From Candidatus Nealsonbacteria bacterium (lineage in GTDB: Bacteria > Patescibacteriota > Minisyncoccia > Minisyncoccales > JANBVM01): 64,000 nt of DNA. Positions 1-9,795 of this stretch are shown here, one piece after another. The first letter of the stretch is position 1, and the number at the start of each line of letters is the position of its first letter. The notes below the pieces were generated by a model, which had not been told where the DNA came from, did not search any database, and was given only the letters and a program-made list of their open reading frames with translations. A program made the translations under genes and the position numbers. The stretch is from positions 576,776 to 640,775 of the forward strand of contig CP179889.1 of the NCBI GenBank assembly GCA_047456315.1, given 5' to 3'.

Positions 1-271
1 AAACATCAATCTTCTGCCCCTTTTTATACTCTGAAGCATCAGCTTTAAATTCTCTTAAATATCTAAACGGCTTGCTCTTCTGGCTTTTTTTAACTTTATT
101 ATCTTTTAAACGTAAAAAGCCGATCTGAACAGAATCATAACCATCTTTTTCTTTGCTTTTTAACTGAGTAATCTCACAGGGTCCAGCTTCAATCAAAGTC
201 ACTGGAATCTGTTTTCCATTTTCATCAAAAATCTGTGACATCCCTATTTTCAAACCTAGTATAAATTTCAT
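1..271 (-). CDS. rplC: 50S ribosomal protein L3, N-terminal part (runs off left edge)
   Basis: Minus-strand translation from ATG at 271-269 gives MKFILGLKIGMSQIFDENGKQIPVTLIEAGPC..., a canonical L3 N-terminus. It lies downstream of rpsJ as in S10 operons. Absent from the ORF track because it is truncated. Confidence 0.8.
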   Translation of the reverse strand, partial: MKFILGLKIGMSQIFDENGKQIPVTLIEAGPCEITQLKSKEKDGYDSVQIGFLRLKDNKVKKSQKSKPFRYLREFKADASEYKKGQKIDV

Positions 272-294
272 AAATCTCTTGCCTAATAACTGAA

Positions 295-313
295 AACCGG
301 GCATAGCCCGGTT
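295..313 (-). promoter_or_regulatory. GC-rich hairpin in the rpsJ-rplC spacer
   Basis: AACCGGGC-ATA-GCCCGGTT forms an 8-bp stem. On the minus strand it is followed only by a short TTT. It sits in an unusually long 149-nt gap between rpsJ and rplC. Confidence 0.35.
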
Positions 314-420
314 CTCAACCATTGGCTATTTAAAACTAACTTATAACTTTTTAATATTTAATTTTATCATTTTAATTCTATAAAAGAATTGTCCAAAAAT
401 TTAATCTGTTAAATAATCAA

Positions 421-762
421 CTACATCTTTATTTCAATATCAACGCCTGCTGGTAAATTCAAGCTCCTTAAAGCATCAATTACTTTAGGGTTTGGCTCTA
501 AAATATCAATTAATCTTTTATGAATTCTAATTTCAAACTGCTCCCTGCTTGTTTTATGAATAAAAGTTGCTCTGTTAACAGTGTATTTCTTAATCTCTGT
601 GGGCAAAGGAACAGGGCCTAATGTTTTAACTCCATAACGCTCGGCTATTTCAATAATTTGCTTGGCTGAAGTATCAATAACCTTATGGTCATAGGCTCTG
701 AGTTTAATCCTGAGCCTACTCTTAATCTCAATTTCTGTGGTATCTGTTTTTTTCTTTGGCAT
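421..762 (-). CDS. rpsJ: 30S ribosomal protein S10
   Basis: Contains [22 protein letters not shown]...GPVPLPT...[12 protein letters not shown], a clear S10 signature, between tuf and rplC. Confidence 0.95.
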   Translation of the reverse strand: MPKKKTDTTEIEIKSRLRIKLRAYDHKVIDTSAKQIIEIAERYGVKTLGPVPLPTEIKKYTVNRATFIHKTSREQFEIRIHKRLIDILEPNPKVIDALRSLNLPAGVDIEIKM

Positions 763-837
763 CTTTACCAGCTAATATGCTGTTATTAAATTAAATTGCC
801 AAATCGTTTTTACAATTTGACAATTTAAGGAATTAAC

Positions 838-2037
838 TTACTTCGATATTTTTATAACAACTCCTGCTCCAACGGTCTTTCCTCCCTCTCTGATAGCAAA
901 CCTTTGTTTTTCCTCCATTGCAATAGGAGCCATTAATTTAATTTTCAGATTAACAGTATCACCAGGCATTACCATTTCTGTTCCTTCAGCTAAAATAACA
1001 TCACCAGTAACATCAGTTGTTCTGAAATAAAACTGTGGCTTATAACCGGTGAAAAATGGTGTGTGTCTTCCTCCTTCCTCTTTTGTTAGAATATAAACCT
1101 GACCTTCAAACTCACTATGCGGAGTAATGCTTCCTGGTTTGGCCAATACCTGGCCTCTTTCTGTGTCTTCTTTTTTAATTCCTCTAAGCAAGACTCCAAC
1201 ATTATCGCCTGCCATCCCTTCATCTAAAATCTTGTTAAACATCTCAATAGAAACAGCAGTTGTTTTAATTGTTGGCCTTATACCAATAAGTTCAACTTCT
1301 TCATTGGGTTTAACAATTCCTCTTTCAATCCTTCCTGTTGCTACTGTTCCACGACCTTCAATAGTAAACACATCCTCAATTGCCATTAAAAATGGTTTGT
1401 CTGTTTCTCTTAAAGGCTCTTTAATGAATTCATCAACAGCTTTAATAAGCTCTACAATTGGTTTTGCTAATTCATCGTCAGCTGATTTAGCGTCTAAGGC
1501 TTTTAAAGATGAACCCTTGATAACTGGAGTTTTATCTCCGTCAAACTTATATTTTTTCAAAAGCTCTCTCATCTCTGACTCAACTAAATCAATAATCTCA
1601 GTATCATCAACCTGGTCGCACTTGTTAATAAATACAACCAAAGAAGGCAGTCCCACCTGTCTTGACAGAAGAATGTGTTCTCTTGTCTGAGGCATTGGCC
1701 CGTCAACAGCTGAAACAACTAAAATTCCTCCGTCCATCTGGGCAGCTCCTGTAATCATGTTTTTAATGTAGTCAGCGTGCCCTGGACAGTCAATTAAAGC
1801 ATAGTGCCTCTTATCAGATTCAAACTCAACGTGAGAAACAGAAATAGTTAAGCCCCTGGCTTTTTCTTCTGGAGCAGCATTTAAATCATCAACTCCTGCT
1901 TCAGTAGCATTTAAGCCCTTAAGCTTTGATATATGCAAGATTGCTGCAGTAGTAGTAGTTTTACCATGAGCAACATGGCCAATAGTACCAATATTGACAT
2001 GGGGTTTTGATCTTATAAATTTTTGTTTTTCAGCCAT
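838..2037 (-). CDS. tuf: Elongation factor Tu
   Basis: [10 protein letters not shown]-loop, DCPGHADY and NKCD motifs; full-length 399 aa. Confidence 0.97.
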   Translation of the reverse strand: MAEKQKFIRSKPHVNIGTIGHVAHGKTTTTAAILHISKLKGLNATEAGVDDLNAAPEEKARGLTISVSHVEFESDKRHYALIDCPGHADYIKNMITGAAQMDGGILVVSAVDGPMPQTREHILLSRQVGLPSLVVFINKCDQVDDTEIIDLVESEMRELLKKYKFDGDKTPVIKGSSLKALDAKSADDELAKPIVELIKAVDEFIKEPLRETDKPFLMAIEDVFTIEGRGTVATGRIERGIVKPNEEVELIGIRPTIKTTAVSIEMFNKILDEGMAGDNVGVLLRGIKKEDTERGQVLAKPGSITPHSEFEGQVYILTKEEGGRHTPFFTGYKPQFYFRTTDVTGDVILAEGTEMVMPGDTVNLKIKLMAPIAMEEKQRFAIREGGKTVGAGVVIKISK

Positions 2038-2189
2038 TGTTTTAATAAAAGTTTAAGATTAAGAGTTTAGTTTTTTAATTAATCAATCTCCTAAACACTA
2101 AGTCTTAAAACCTATCTATAATATTAATTATTTATTGTTTTATAGCAATTTTTTAAAAAATTAGCAATACCTTAAAATAGAATCAAGAT

Positions 2190-4295
2190 CTATTTCTTTT
2201 TCCCTTCAATAATATCCTTAGCTATATTTTTAGGTGTTTCCTGATAACTATCAAATTCCATTGTAAAGGTTCCCCTTCCTTCAGTCAAGCTTCTTATAGT
2301 TGTAGCATAACCAAACATCTCAGATAAAGGCACACTGGCATCAATAATCTTAAGATTTAACCTGTCTTTGGTTTCTTTAATCTTACCTCTTCTGGCTGAT
2401 AAATCACCAATCACATCACCAAAAAAACCTGTTGGGATAACCACTTCCAGCTTCATGATTGGCTCTAAAAGCACTGGATTTGCCTTTCTGGCTGCTTCTT
2501 GAAATGCCATTGAAGAAGCTATTTTAAAAGCAAACTCAGAAGAATCAACTTCATGAAAAGAACCATCATATAAAGTAAGTGACAAATCAACCATTGGATA
2601 ACCTGCTACTATACCTTTTTCCATTGCTTCTCTGGCGCCTTTTTCAACTGCTGGAATAAATTCCTTTGGTATGGTTCCACCTTTAATCTTGTCAAAAAAC
2701 TCAAAGCCCTTTCCTCTTTCTCTTGGCTCTACTCTTATTACAACATGACCATACTGCCCCCTTCCTCCTGATTGTCTGACATATTTACCTTCTGCTTCAG
2801 CCACTGCTCTTATTGTTTCTTTGTATGCAACCTGAGGCCTGCCAATATTAGCTTCAACCTTAAATTCCCTCTTCATCCTATCAACAATAATCTCTAAATG
2901 AAGCTCTCCCATTCCAGAAATAATTGTTTCATTGGTATCAGGGTCAGTTCTCACTGTAAAAGTAGGATCTTCTTCAGATAATCTTTTGAGAGCAACTCCC
3001 ATTTTTTCTTCACCATCCTTGTTTTTGGGTTCAACTCTAATTGAAATAACTGGTTCAGGAAAAGTTATTTTCTCCAGTATAACAGGATTATTTTCGTCGC
3101 AAAGAGTATGACCTGTTGAAGTGCTTTTAAGCCCTACTGTAGCAGCAATATCTCCTGCATAAATCTCATCAACATCTTCACGAGAGTCAGCATGCATCTT
3201 TAAAATCCTGCTTATTCTTTCCTTATTATCAGTAGCAGTATTTAAAACATAGGAACCCTTTTTTAATCTTCCTGAATAAACTCTGAAATAAGTTAGAGAC
3301 CCAACATAAGGATCAGTGGCAATCTTAAAAGCTAAAGCAGAAAATGGCTCATTGTCATCAGTTTTTCTTTCAACAACTTGATTTGTTTCTGGGTCAGTAC
3401 CCTTAACAGGAGGAAGATCAATTGGGCTTGGCAGATAATAAATTACTGCATCCAGTATTGACTGCACTCCTTTGTTCTTTAAAGATGAACCGCAAAATAC
3501 TGGCACCAACTTATAACTTATTGTTGATTTTCTTAAAGATTCTTTTAACTGGTCAATAGATATTTCCTGTTTTGCTAAATACTTTTCTAAAAGCACCTCA
3601 TCTTCTCCCGCAATTTTCTCAATCATTTTTCCTCTCCACTTTTTGGCTTCTTTTAATAACTCAGAAGGAATTTCTTTTTCTTTAACTTCTTCGCCAGAAT
3701 CCCCTTCAAATCTAATTGCTTTCATTGTTATTAAATCAATTACACCTTCAAAGTTTTCTTCTGCGCCGATTGGAAGCTGAACTGCAACAGCGTTAGGGGT
3801 TAATTTCTCCAAGATTGACTTTAAACTCTCATAAAAATTTGCGCCCATTCTATCCATTTTATTAATAAAACAAATTCGTGGAACTTTAAATTTATCAGCC
3901 TGGCGCCAAACAGTTTCTGATTGTGGCTCCACTCCAGCTACTCCATCAAAAACAACCACTCCGCCATCTAAAACTCTTAATGATCTCTGGACTTCAGCTG
4001 TAAAATCAATGTGCCCTGGTGTATCAATAATATTAATTTTGTATTCTTTTTCTCCTTTTTGAGCTAAATCTTTAGGCAGCCAGGAACAAGTAGTGGCAGC
4101 TGAAGTAATTGTAATTCCTCTTTCTCTTTCCTGATCCATCCAGTCAGTAATAGTTGTTCCTTCATCAACACTGCCAATCTTATGAGTAATGCCTGTGTAA
4201 TACAAAATACGCTCAGTTGTTGTTGTTTTACCAGCATCAATATGAGCAATAATTCCAATATTTCTGTATTTTTCTAGAGGATATTTTCTAGGCAT
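2190..4295 (-). CDS. fusA: Elongation factor G
   Basis: [23 protein letters not shown] and NKMD motifs. The start was taken at the second Met ([12 protein letters not shown]), which removes the overlap with the rpsG stop. The ORF track extends to 4319. Confidence 0.95.
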   Translation of the reverse strand: MPRKYPLEKYRNIGIIAHIDAGKTTTTERILYYTGITHKIGSVDEGTTITDWMDQERERGITITSAATTCSWLPKDLAQKGEKEYKINIIDTPGHIDFTAEVQRSLRVLDGGVVVFDGVAGVEPQSETVWRQADKFKVPRICFINKMDRMGANFYESLKSILEKLTPNAVAVQLPIGAEENFEGVIDLITMKAIRFEGDSGEEVKEKEIPSELLKEAKKWRGKMIEKIAGEDEVLLEKYLAKQEISIDQLKESLRKSTISYKLVPVFCGSSLKNKGVQSILDAVIYYLPSPIDLPPVKGTDPETNQVVERKTDDNEPFSALAFKIATDPYVGSLTYFRVYSGRLKKGSYVLNTATDNKERISRILKMHADSREDVDEIYAGDIAATVGLKSTSTGHTLCDENNPVILEKITFPEPVISIRVEPKNKDGEEKMGVALKRLSEEDPTFTVRTDPDTNETIISGMGELHLEIIVDRMKREFKVEANIGRPQVAYKETIRAVAEAEGKYVRQSGGRGQYGHVVIRVEPRERGKGFEFFDKIKGGTIPKEFIPAVEKGAREAMEKGIVAGYPMVDLSLTLYDGSFHEVDSSEFAFKIASSMAFQEAARKANPVLLEPIMKLEVVIPTGFFGDVIGDLSARRGKIKETKDRLNLKIIDASVPLSEMFGYATTIRSLTEGRGTFTMEFDSYQETPKNIAKDIIEGKKK

Positions 4296-4299
4296 AGCT

Positions 4300-4770
4300 T
4301 TACCAGGCAAAATGAGCAAAAGCGCGGTTAGCTTCAGCCATTTTATGAGTATCTTCTTTTCTCTTTACTGCCCAGCCAGTGCCACTGGCTGCATTCATTA
4401 TTTCCTCAGCCAGCTTCTCTTTCATTGCTTTTCCTTTCTTTGACTTAGCTGCCTGAATTATCCAGCGCATAGCAAGAGCCAGCTTTCTATCTCCCCTTAC
4501 CTCTACTGGAATCTGATAGGTGGCTCCTCCTACTCGTTTTGGTCTTACTTCCAGCACTGGACTGGTATTTTTTAAAGCTTGTTCAAAAATCTCTAAAGGT
4601 TTCTTTTTTGTTTTTTCTTTTACAATATCAAAAGCGCCATAAACAATCTTTCTGGCTATAGTTTTTTTACCTTTTTTCATTATATAGTTAATGAACTTAG
4701 CAACGTTTACATTATCATATACAAGATCAGGTAAAAGCTCTCTTCTTTTAATTTTTTTCTGTCTAGCCAT
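4300..4770 (-). CDS. rpsG: 30S ribosomal protein S7
   Basis: Contains [13 protein letters not shown]...[20 protein letters not shown]7 family, in str-operon position. Confidence 0.95.
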   Translation of the reverse strand: MARQKKIKRRELLPDLVYDNVNVAKFINYIMKKGKKTIARKIVYGAFDIVKEKTKKKPLEIFEQALKNTSPVLEVRPKRVGGATYQIPVEVRGDRKLALAMRWIIQAAKSKKGKAMKEKLAEEIMNAASGTGWAVKRKEDTHKMAEANRAFAHFAW

Positions 4771-4773
4771 ACT

Positions 4774-5187
4774 TTATTCCTTTGGTTTTTTAGTTCCGTA
4801 TTTTGATCTTTCCTGTTTTCTTCCCTCCACTCCACTAGCATCTAAAACCCCTCTTACTACTTTATAACTTACCCCTGGCAGATCTTTTATCCTTGCTCCT
4901 CTTATCATTACAACAGAATGCTCCTGAAGATTATGGCCCTCACCAGGAATATAGGCGGTTACTTCCTGTCCATTGGTTAAACGAACCCTGGCAACCTTTC
5001 TTAACGCTGAATGAGGTTTTTTAGGAGTCATTGTGAATATTCTCAAGCACACTCCTCTTTTAAATGGAGAGGGATATCTTACTGGCCTGTTTTTTAAAAC
5101 ATTAAAACTAAATTTAAAAACAGACGCTTTTCTCCGCTTCTTTGGCTTCTTTCTTGCTTTTTTAACTAATTGATGAATTGTTGGCAT
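4774..5187 (-). CDS. rpsL: 30S ribosomal protein S12
   Basis: Contains [10 protein letters not shown]...[37 protein letters not shown], a canonical S12. Confidence 0.95.
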   Translation of the reverse strand: MPTIHQLVKKARKKPKKRRKASVFKFSFNVLKNRPVRYPSPFKRGVCLRIFTMTPKKPHSALRKVARVRLTNGQEVTAYIPGEGHNLQEHSVVMIRGARIKDLPGVSYKVVRGVLDASGVEGRKQERSKYGTKKPKE

Positions 5188-5291
5188 AATTTAAAAACAA
5201 TTAAGTGCTTTGGCACTTGTGTGATAAATTTAACAAGGAAAGAAATTAAAGTCAATCCTTTAATTTGCCCTGTCCACTTAAAAACCGTTCT

Positions 5292-5915
5292 TTAGAGAAT
5301 GAATGACTGACCAGAAATCAAAGTATAAAGAATTACTGCTCCTAAAAAGATCAATCTTAAACCGAAAAATATGAATATTAAAAGAAAAACAAGACCGTAT
5401 TGATGAAAAAAGCTTTTGAATTTTGAAAATCTCTCTGGCAACAGGGCAAAAAGAATATGATAGCCATCAAGAGGCGGTATAGGAATCAGGTTAAATATTC
5501 CCCAGGCAAAGTTGTAAAAAGCAATGATAGTGAAAAGAGTAAGAAGCGAAGCATTCAAGGGAATAAATCTTATAAACAAACTGAAAATTATAGCAATTAA
5601 AAAATTGGCTAAAGGGCCTGCTATTGAAACCTTAAGTGTCCCCCATTTCTGGTCACGGAAATTATATGGATTAACTGGTACTGGTTTTGTCCATCCAAAG
5701 ATTGGTCCTTTTCCAGCGCTTATTAAAAATAAAAACAAGGGTAAAAGAACAGAACCAAACGGGTCTAAGTGCTTTAAAGGATTAAGAGTCAAGCGTCCAG
5801 AGTATTTTGCAGTTGGGTCTCCAAGATAATAAGCAACACTGCCATGAGCAATTTCATGAATTATAATTGAAAAAAGAAGAACTATTAATGTAAATAAAAT
5901 AATCAAACCTTCCAT
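5292..5915 (-). CDS. Site-2 protease family (peptidase M50) membrane metalloprotease
   Basis: HEIAHG zinc motif in the first TM helix, LNPLKHLDPFG motif, and a multi-TM profile. Confidence 0.75.
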   Translation of the reverse strand: MEGLIILFTLIVLLFSIIIHEIAHGSVAYYLGDPTAKYSGRLTLNPLKHLDPFGSVLLPLFLFLISAGKGPIFGWTKPVPVNPYNFRDQKWGTLKVSIAGPLANFLIAIIFSLFIRFIPLNASLLTLFTIIAFYNFAWGIFNLIPIPPLDGYHILFALLPERFSKFKSFFHQYGLVFLLIFIFFGLRLIFLGAVILYTLISGQSFIL

Positions 5916-5981
5916 AATCTTTTATTTTACATATTATATAACAACTTGAAAAGATTTTAAAAACGTTTTAGCATTATCTAT

Positions 5982-6203
5982 ATGAAAAAAGAATGTATAG
6001 TTTGCGCTAAAAAATCAAGGATGATGGAAAAGTTGGTAAAGCTTCGTGGAAAATATAATCCAACTTCAAAAAAAAGAAAATATCCCAATTTACAATGGGT
6101 CTTTGTTCCTGTTGGGGTTAAAAGAAAGAAATTCAAACAGTTTGCTGGCAAAAGAATAAAGGCCTGTACAAAGTGCATTAAATCTCTTTCTAAAATTAAA
6201 TAG
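5982..6203 (+). CDS. rpmB: 50S ribosomal protein L28
   Basis: Small basic protein with an N-terminal C-x-x-C and the KKRKYPNLQWV segment, matching the L28 R-x-x-PNLQ motif. Confidence 0.7.
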   Translation: MKKECIVCAKKSRMMEKLVKLRGKYNPTSKKRKYPNLQWVFVPVGVKRKKFKQFAGKRIKACTKCIKSLSKIK

Positions 6204-6221
6204 TTCTCTGCGCCAAAATAT

Positions 6222-6293
6222 CGGGGTATGGTGTAGCGGCAACATGCACCCTTGGGGAGGGTGTGATGGCGGGTTCGACTCCCGCTACCCCGA
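6222..6293 (+). tRNA. tRNA-Pro (GGG)
   Basis: Hand-folded cloverleaf. Acceptor CGGGGTA/TACCCCG; anticodon stem CACCC/GGGTG with loop TTGGGGA; T-arm GCGGG-TTCGACT-CCCGC. No encoded CCA. Confidence 0.85.
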
Positions 6294-6384
6294 AAAGAAA
6301 ACGCTCTTTATTAGAGTGTTTTCTGGTTGATGACAACTTGATAATTTAAAAGATTTCTGGTAGAAAGATTTTAGGAATCACAAG

Positions 6385-6645
6385 GTGATAAATGTGAATC
6401 TAAAAGAATTAAAGAAAAAACTAGAAAAGAATGAAGGAAAAAGAATAGAATTAAAAATTTCCTTTAAAGGGCAAGAAAGGACAATAACGGGAACCTTAAA
6501 AGAAATTGGCTTTCAAAATGTTTCCATCGAAATTAATGAGGAGGAAACCTCAATTATTCCTCTAGCGCCCAAACCCAAAGACCCAATAATGGATACAATA
6601 AAGGAAATCAAAATTAACGGCGAAGTTATCTTTTCTCAAGAGTAA
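6385..6645 (+). CDS. Hypothetical protein (86 aa)
   Basis: ORF only; no family recognised. Confidence 0.35.
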   Translation: MINVNLKELKKKLEKNEGKRIELKISFKGQERTITGTLKEIGFQNVSIEINEEETSIIPLAPKPKDPIMDTIKEIKINGEVIFSQE

Positions 6646-6690
6646 CTCAAAAGAGTAAAACAGAAAAGATAACCTTGCTTTTTTTTTACC

Positions 6691-6711
6691 AAAAAACCGC
6701 GCTTGACGCGG
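6691..6711 (-). terminator. Intrinsic terminator (minus strand)
   Basis: Minus strand reads CCGCG-TCAAG-CGCGG followed by TTTTTT. Confidence 0.5.
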
Positions 6712-6718
6712 CTTTCTA

Positions 6719-6850
6719 GTGCCCTATACTTTCTAGGAAACTTCTGGAGAAAATTCCAGGTGGGTGCCAAAGGTGTATTCCACGGAACACACATCATTTT
6801 AGGCTCCCGTTGTTAAATCATTCCCAGATTTAACTAGAAAGTCAGGGCAT
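6719..6850. ncRNA. Unclassified structured element (candidate small RNA or structured 3' UTR)
   Basis: 6719-6736 pairs with 6834-6850 (9 bp + small bulge + 6 bp). This encloses the hairpin CTGGA-GAAAAT-TCCAG (6744-6759). The region is ORF-free and is followed on the minus strand by the terminator at 6691-6711. Confidence 0.25.
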
Positions 6851-6899
6851 TCTTTATTTTATCTTTTTTCAAACACTGTTGTCAAAGCCAACATTTAAA

Positions 6900-7964
6900 C
6901 TAAAGATTAAAGATTTCAACAAGCTGTTTGATTAAACCTACTGTTACTGGCTGGGCAAGTAAACTATAAGAATCAACGCCTCTATCATCTTTAACAATCC
7001 AGGGATTTTCTTTGATTTTTACTTTTTTTGAATTATTATCCCATTCAAAAACATACTCAGGAGTAATTTCATAATCATCAATATAGTCTTTAGCAATATC
7101 TGCTGGCACTGAGTTTCTTAACAGAACTTTTGGAATTCCATAAAGAGATAAAGCTCTTTGAATCAACTCTTCATCTTTTTTTAACCTTGCTTTAATTGGT
7201 TCAATTCCAAACTCATCCCCTTCTTTTGGCTCCATTACTATATTTTCACAATCCGGATTATCACAGAGGAGATAAAACTCTCTTTTATCTTTATTGTAGT
7301 TAATTATTGATGTTGGAAGTAATTTTAAATTTCTTGAGGTTTTACATTGAGGACAAATCCTGCGCCATTTAATTCTTTCATCAATAACTGATTCTGGAAT
7401 ATCAATTAAAATAAAAACATCTGGGTCATCTCTGTAGCCAATTAAATCTCTAAAAAACAAAGAAAAATCTATTTGACCTAAGTCTCTTGGAAATCCATCT
7501 AAGAAAAGAGTTTTTCTGCCAATAGTTGCTACTTCTCTTTTTATTAAGGTTAAAATAAGCTCTGTTGGAAGAAGTGTTTTTGTGCTTCTATTTTCTAAAG
7601 CTGATATGATTTCTTTTAAATTCTTTGAACCTCTGTAGTTTTTCTCTAGAAAAGCAATCAGTTCTTTTTTCTTTTTAGCATCAGCCAGTTCTTTATCCAC
7701 GCTTCTGATCATATCGCCTATTGAAAAGTGTTTTATCTTTTCAGGACCAACTAAACGGGCAAGCATTTTTGAATATGTTCCTTTGCCAGAATTTTTCTTT
7801 CCTAAAAAATATGCGATGAAAGTGTTTTTCTTTAAAAATTCTTTTAGCTTTTCAATTTCTTTCCCTGCTTTTCTTTCAAAATATTCTTTTTGCTCTTTAG
7901 GATCTATTAAATTGAATTTTTTATCCAATCCTTTAATTTTTGTTTTAAAAACTGGAAACTCCAT
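6900..7964 (-). CDS. Adenylate kinase family protein with N- and C-terminal extensions
   Basis: GKKNSGKGTYS P-loop, SIGDMIR motif, and a Cys4 lid (CPQC...CDNPDC). At 354 aa it is far longer than a canonical Adk. Confidence 0.65.
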   Translation of the reverse strand: MEFPVFKTKIKGLDKKFNLIDPKEQKEYFERKAGKEIEKLKEFLKKNTFIAYFLGKKNSGKGTYSKMLARLVGPEKIKHFSIGDMIRSVDKELADAKKKKELIAFLEKNYRGSKNLKEIISALENRSTKTLLPTELILTLIKREVATIGRKTLFLDGFPRDLGQIDFSLFFRDLIGYRDDPDVFILIDIPESVIDERIKWRRICPQCKTSRNLKLLPTSIINYNKDKREFYLLCDNPDCENIVMEPKEGDEFGIEPIKARLKKDEELIQRALSLYGIPKVLLRNSVPADIAKDYIDDYEITPEYVFEWDNNSKKVKIKENPWIVKDDRGVDSYSLLAQPVTVGLIKQLVEIFNL

Positions 7965-7973
7965 AATTTGTAT

Positions 7974-8828
7974 TTAGTATATTATGTTTTGACCATCAGA
8001 GATGATTTTAATATCACCAATCTCATCTGTTCTTAAAACTTTTATACCATAATCATTTAAAATATCCAAAACCTCTTGATGAGGATGCCCGTATTTATTA
8101 TCTTTTCCAGCTGATATCACAGCTGTTTGAGGACTAACTGCTTCCAATAATTCTTTTGAAGTAGAAGTTTTGCTTCCATGATGCCCGACTTTTAATATAT
8201 CTGAAGCAAGATAAATGTTTTCCTTTATCAGTTTTCTTTCTATTGATTTATAGGCATCGCCCAGGAAAAGAAAAGAATTGTTATTAAAAACTAAACGAGC
8301 AATGATTGAACTGTTGTTGGTATTTTTAATATTCTGCCCTTCTAAACTCACAAAAGGATAAAGTATTTCAAAAAATAAATTAGGTGTAATTATTCTCTGA
8401 CCTGCTTCAGCTATTTTTACATTAGAATCCTCGTTTTCAATTAATCTCATCCATTCCTTGTATTCTTCTGTGTCTCTTAATATTCCTGTCCGTAAAATAT
8501 TTTCCACTTTATATCTTTTTAAAACTTCAATTAATCCTGAAATATGGTCGTGCTCTGGATGCGTAAGAATTATCAAATCAATTGTTCTGTCCCAAAAATT
8601 CATTTCCTTTCCTAATTTTTCTAAAATAACAGAATTAGGACCACCGTCAATTAGGATTTGATAACCTTTTGGGGTTTCAATAAAAATACTGTCACCCTGT
8701 CCTATATCAAAAAAAACAACCTCAAGAGGTTGGGATTTGATTAATTCATAAACAACTGCCCAGCCATAAATATTAGCTATTATTAGAATTCCCAGAATTA
8801 AAAAGACAAATCTTCTCTGTAGTTTCAT
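7974..8828 (-). CDS. ComEC/Rec2-type metallo-beta-lactamase fold protein (membrane anchored)
   Basis: N-terminal TM helix, HPEHDHISG motif, and GHHGSKTSTS near the C-terminus, as in the ComEC C-terminal domain. Confidence 0.75.
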   Translation of the reverse strand: MKLQRRFVFLILGILIIANIYGWAVVYELIKSQPLEVVFFDIGQGDSIFIETPKGYQILIDGGPNSVILEKLGKEMNFWDRTIDLIILTHPEHDHISGLIEVLKRYKVENILRTGILRDTEEYKEWMRLIENEDSNVKIAEAGQRIITPNLFFEILYPFVSLEGQNIKNTNNSSIIARLVFNNNSFLFLGDAYKSIERKLIKENIYLASDILKVGHHGSKTSTSKELLEAVSPQTAVISAGKDNKYGHPHQEVLDILNDYGIKVLRTDEIGDIKIISDGQNIIY

Positions 8829-9070
8829 GATTTCAAAATTATACCAAGAATCTGAGCCAATAGCTCTGAAACTAGATAAAGACTATAAATCAGTTAAAAA
8901 TCATAAAACAACTAATAATTCACCATCAGATTATCTTAACAGCCTAAACAAAAAAAATCTTGCTGGATTTATCAGAATAAAATTATTAGCTTTTTTAGAA
9001 TTTTTAAAACGAGAGAATCATCTAAGTAAATACAATATAACAAATATTATATAATCTGTCAATATTACAG

Positions 9071-9099
9071 CTCCAGGGACTGGACGAGGTTAGAACTTG
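9071..9099 (-). repeat. Copy A of the tRNA-Asn-3'-end-like repeat
   Basis: Minus strand reads CAAGTTCTAACCTCGTCCAGTCCCTGGAGCT. It matches copy B (32.66 kb) at 27 of 31 positions by eye. Confidence 0.7.
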
Positions 9100-9337
9100 T
9101 TTTTATGATGACTTGGAATAAAAAATAGAGATTAATTAACATGGCAGTTGTCTTGGGAATATTTAGTTTCCTTACAAACCATTTCTTGAGCCTGTTCTTT
9201 ATCTGTAAGATGGTTCATATCCTTAAGATTAACCACTGTTGCTTTTTTTTATAGGAAATGAGCTCAAAGAGCAAAACACCAGCCCGAAATGAGCTGGTGC
9301 TTTGAAAGACCTCTAAAAGGCCCTTAATGGTCGATGA

Positions 9338-9499
9338 TTAGGCTTTTCCTAAGATTCTAAACATTTTTGTTCCGCATTCTGGACAGGTTCCAGTCATAGC
9401 TCTTCTTTTAGTTCCTCCTTTCCCTTTCATCTCAACTTCTTTTTCGTTAAGCATGTCCTGCTTTTTTTTGCATTTTACGCAGTAAGCTTCTGTTGCCAT
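9338..9499 (-). CDS. DUF5679-like zinc-ribbon mini-protein (53 aa)
   Basis: Own translation: MATEAYCVKCKKKQDMLNEKEVEMKGKGGTKRRAMTGTCPECGTKMFRILGKA. It has CxxC...CxxC and a GTKMFRI tail. It is followed by the hairpin CACCAGC...GCTGGTG plus a T-rich run. Too short for the ORF track. Confidence 0.55.
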   Translation of the reverse strand: MATEAYCVKCKKKQDMLNEKEVEMKGKGGTKRRAMTGTCPECGTKMFRILGKA

Positions 9500-9795
9500 A
9501 AAATAAGTCTAGGTTAGATTGGTCTGAATTGAGCTTAAAATAAGCATCAAAGAAAATCGACCTTTATAATATTTGTTCATGAAATGAACTTATCCACAAC
9601 ATTACTTTACCTTAAATGAAGCAAAAATTATAGTCAAGTCCCCTTAAAAATTATTCTAGCCAGATCTGTCTTTCTCGTACATTAAAGCAATAATGGTCTT
9701 GGCATCTATAATCTCTTCATTTTCTATTATTTTAACGCTTTTTCTAGATAATAACCTTTCTCTTATAAATATCTTTAACTTGTTCTTCTTCTATA

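Noticed and set aside
1127-1690. Long antisense ORFs from the track inside conserved genes. Examples: 1127-1690 in tuf, 4064-4258 in fusA, 10747-11127 in ppaC, 13736-14032, 33558-33923, 40465-40990 in groEL/ES, 60282-60632 in rpoB.
   Set aside because: Each lies opposite a confidently identified gene and has low-complexity Ser/Leu/Ile-rich composition typical of antisense frames in AT-rich DNA.
6834-6850. CTAGAAAGTCAGGGC resembles the RNase P RNA CR-I box GAGGAAAGUCCGGGC.
   Set aside because: On the plus strand the sequence runs straight into the adenylate-kinase-like CDS. No P4 partner or other conserved RNase P regions are visible, and the element is far too short.
8827-9054. 75-aa plus-strand ORF in the 8.8-9.3 kb spacer.
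   Set aside because: It has no family resemblance, a low-complexity Asn/Lys-rich sequence and no upstream signals. It overlaps the promoter-like region that follows repeat copy A on the other strand.
9041-9118. The plus-strand reading of the repeats gives a recurring peptide-like tail (L/N-D/N-D/E-V/I-R/K-T followed by 5-16 residues and a stop). This suggests duplicated 3' ends of a plus-strand gene.
   Set aside because: None of the copies has an upstream ORF or start codon. Copy A, for example, opens only at 9041 after a TAA. No full-length plus-strand parent gene exists nearby. Treated as a by-product of nucleotide conservation.
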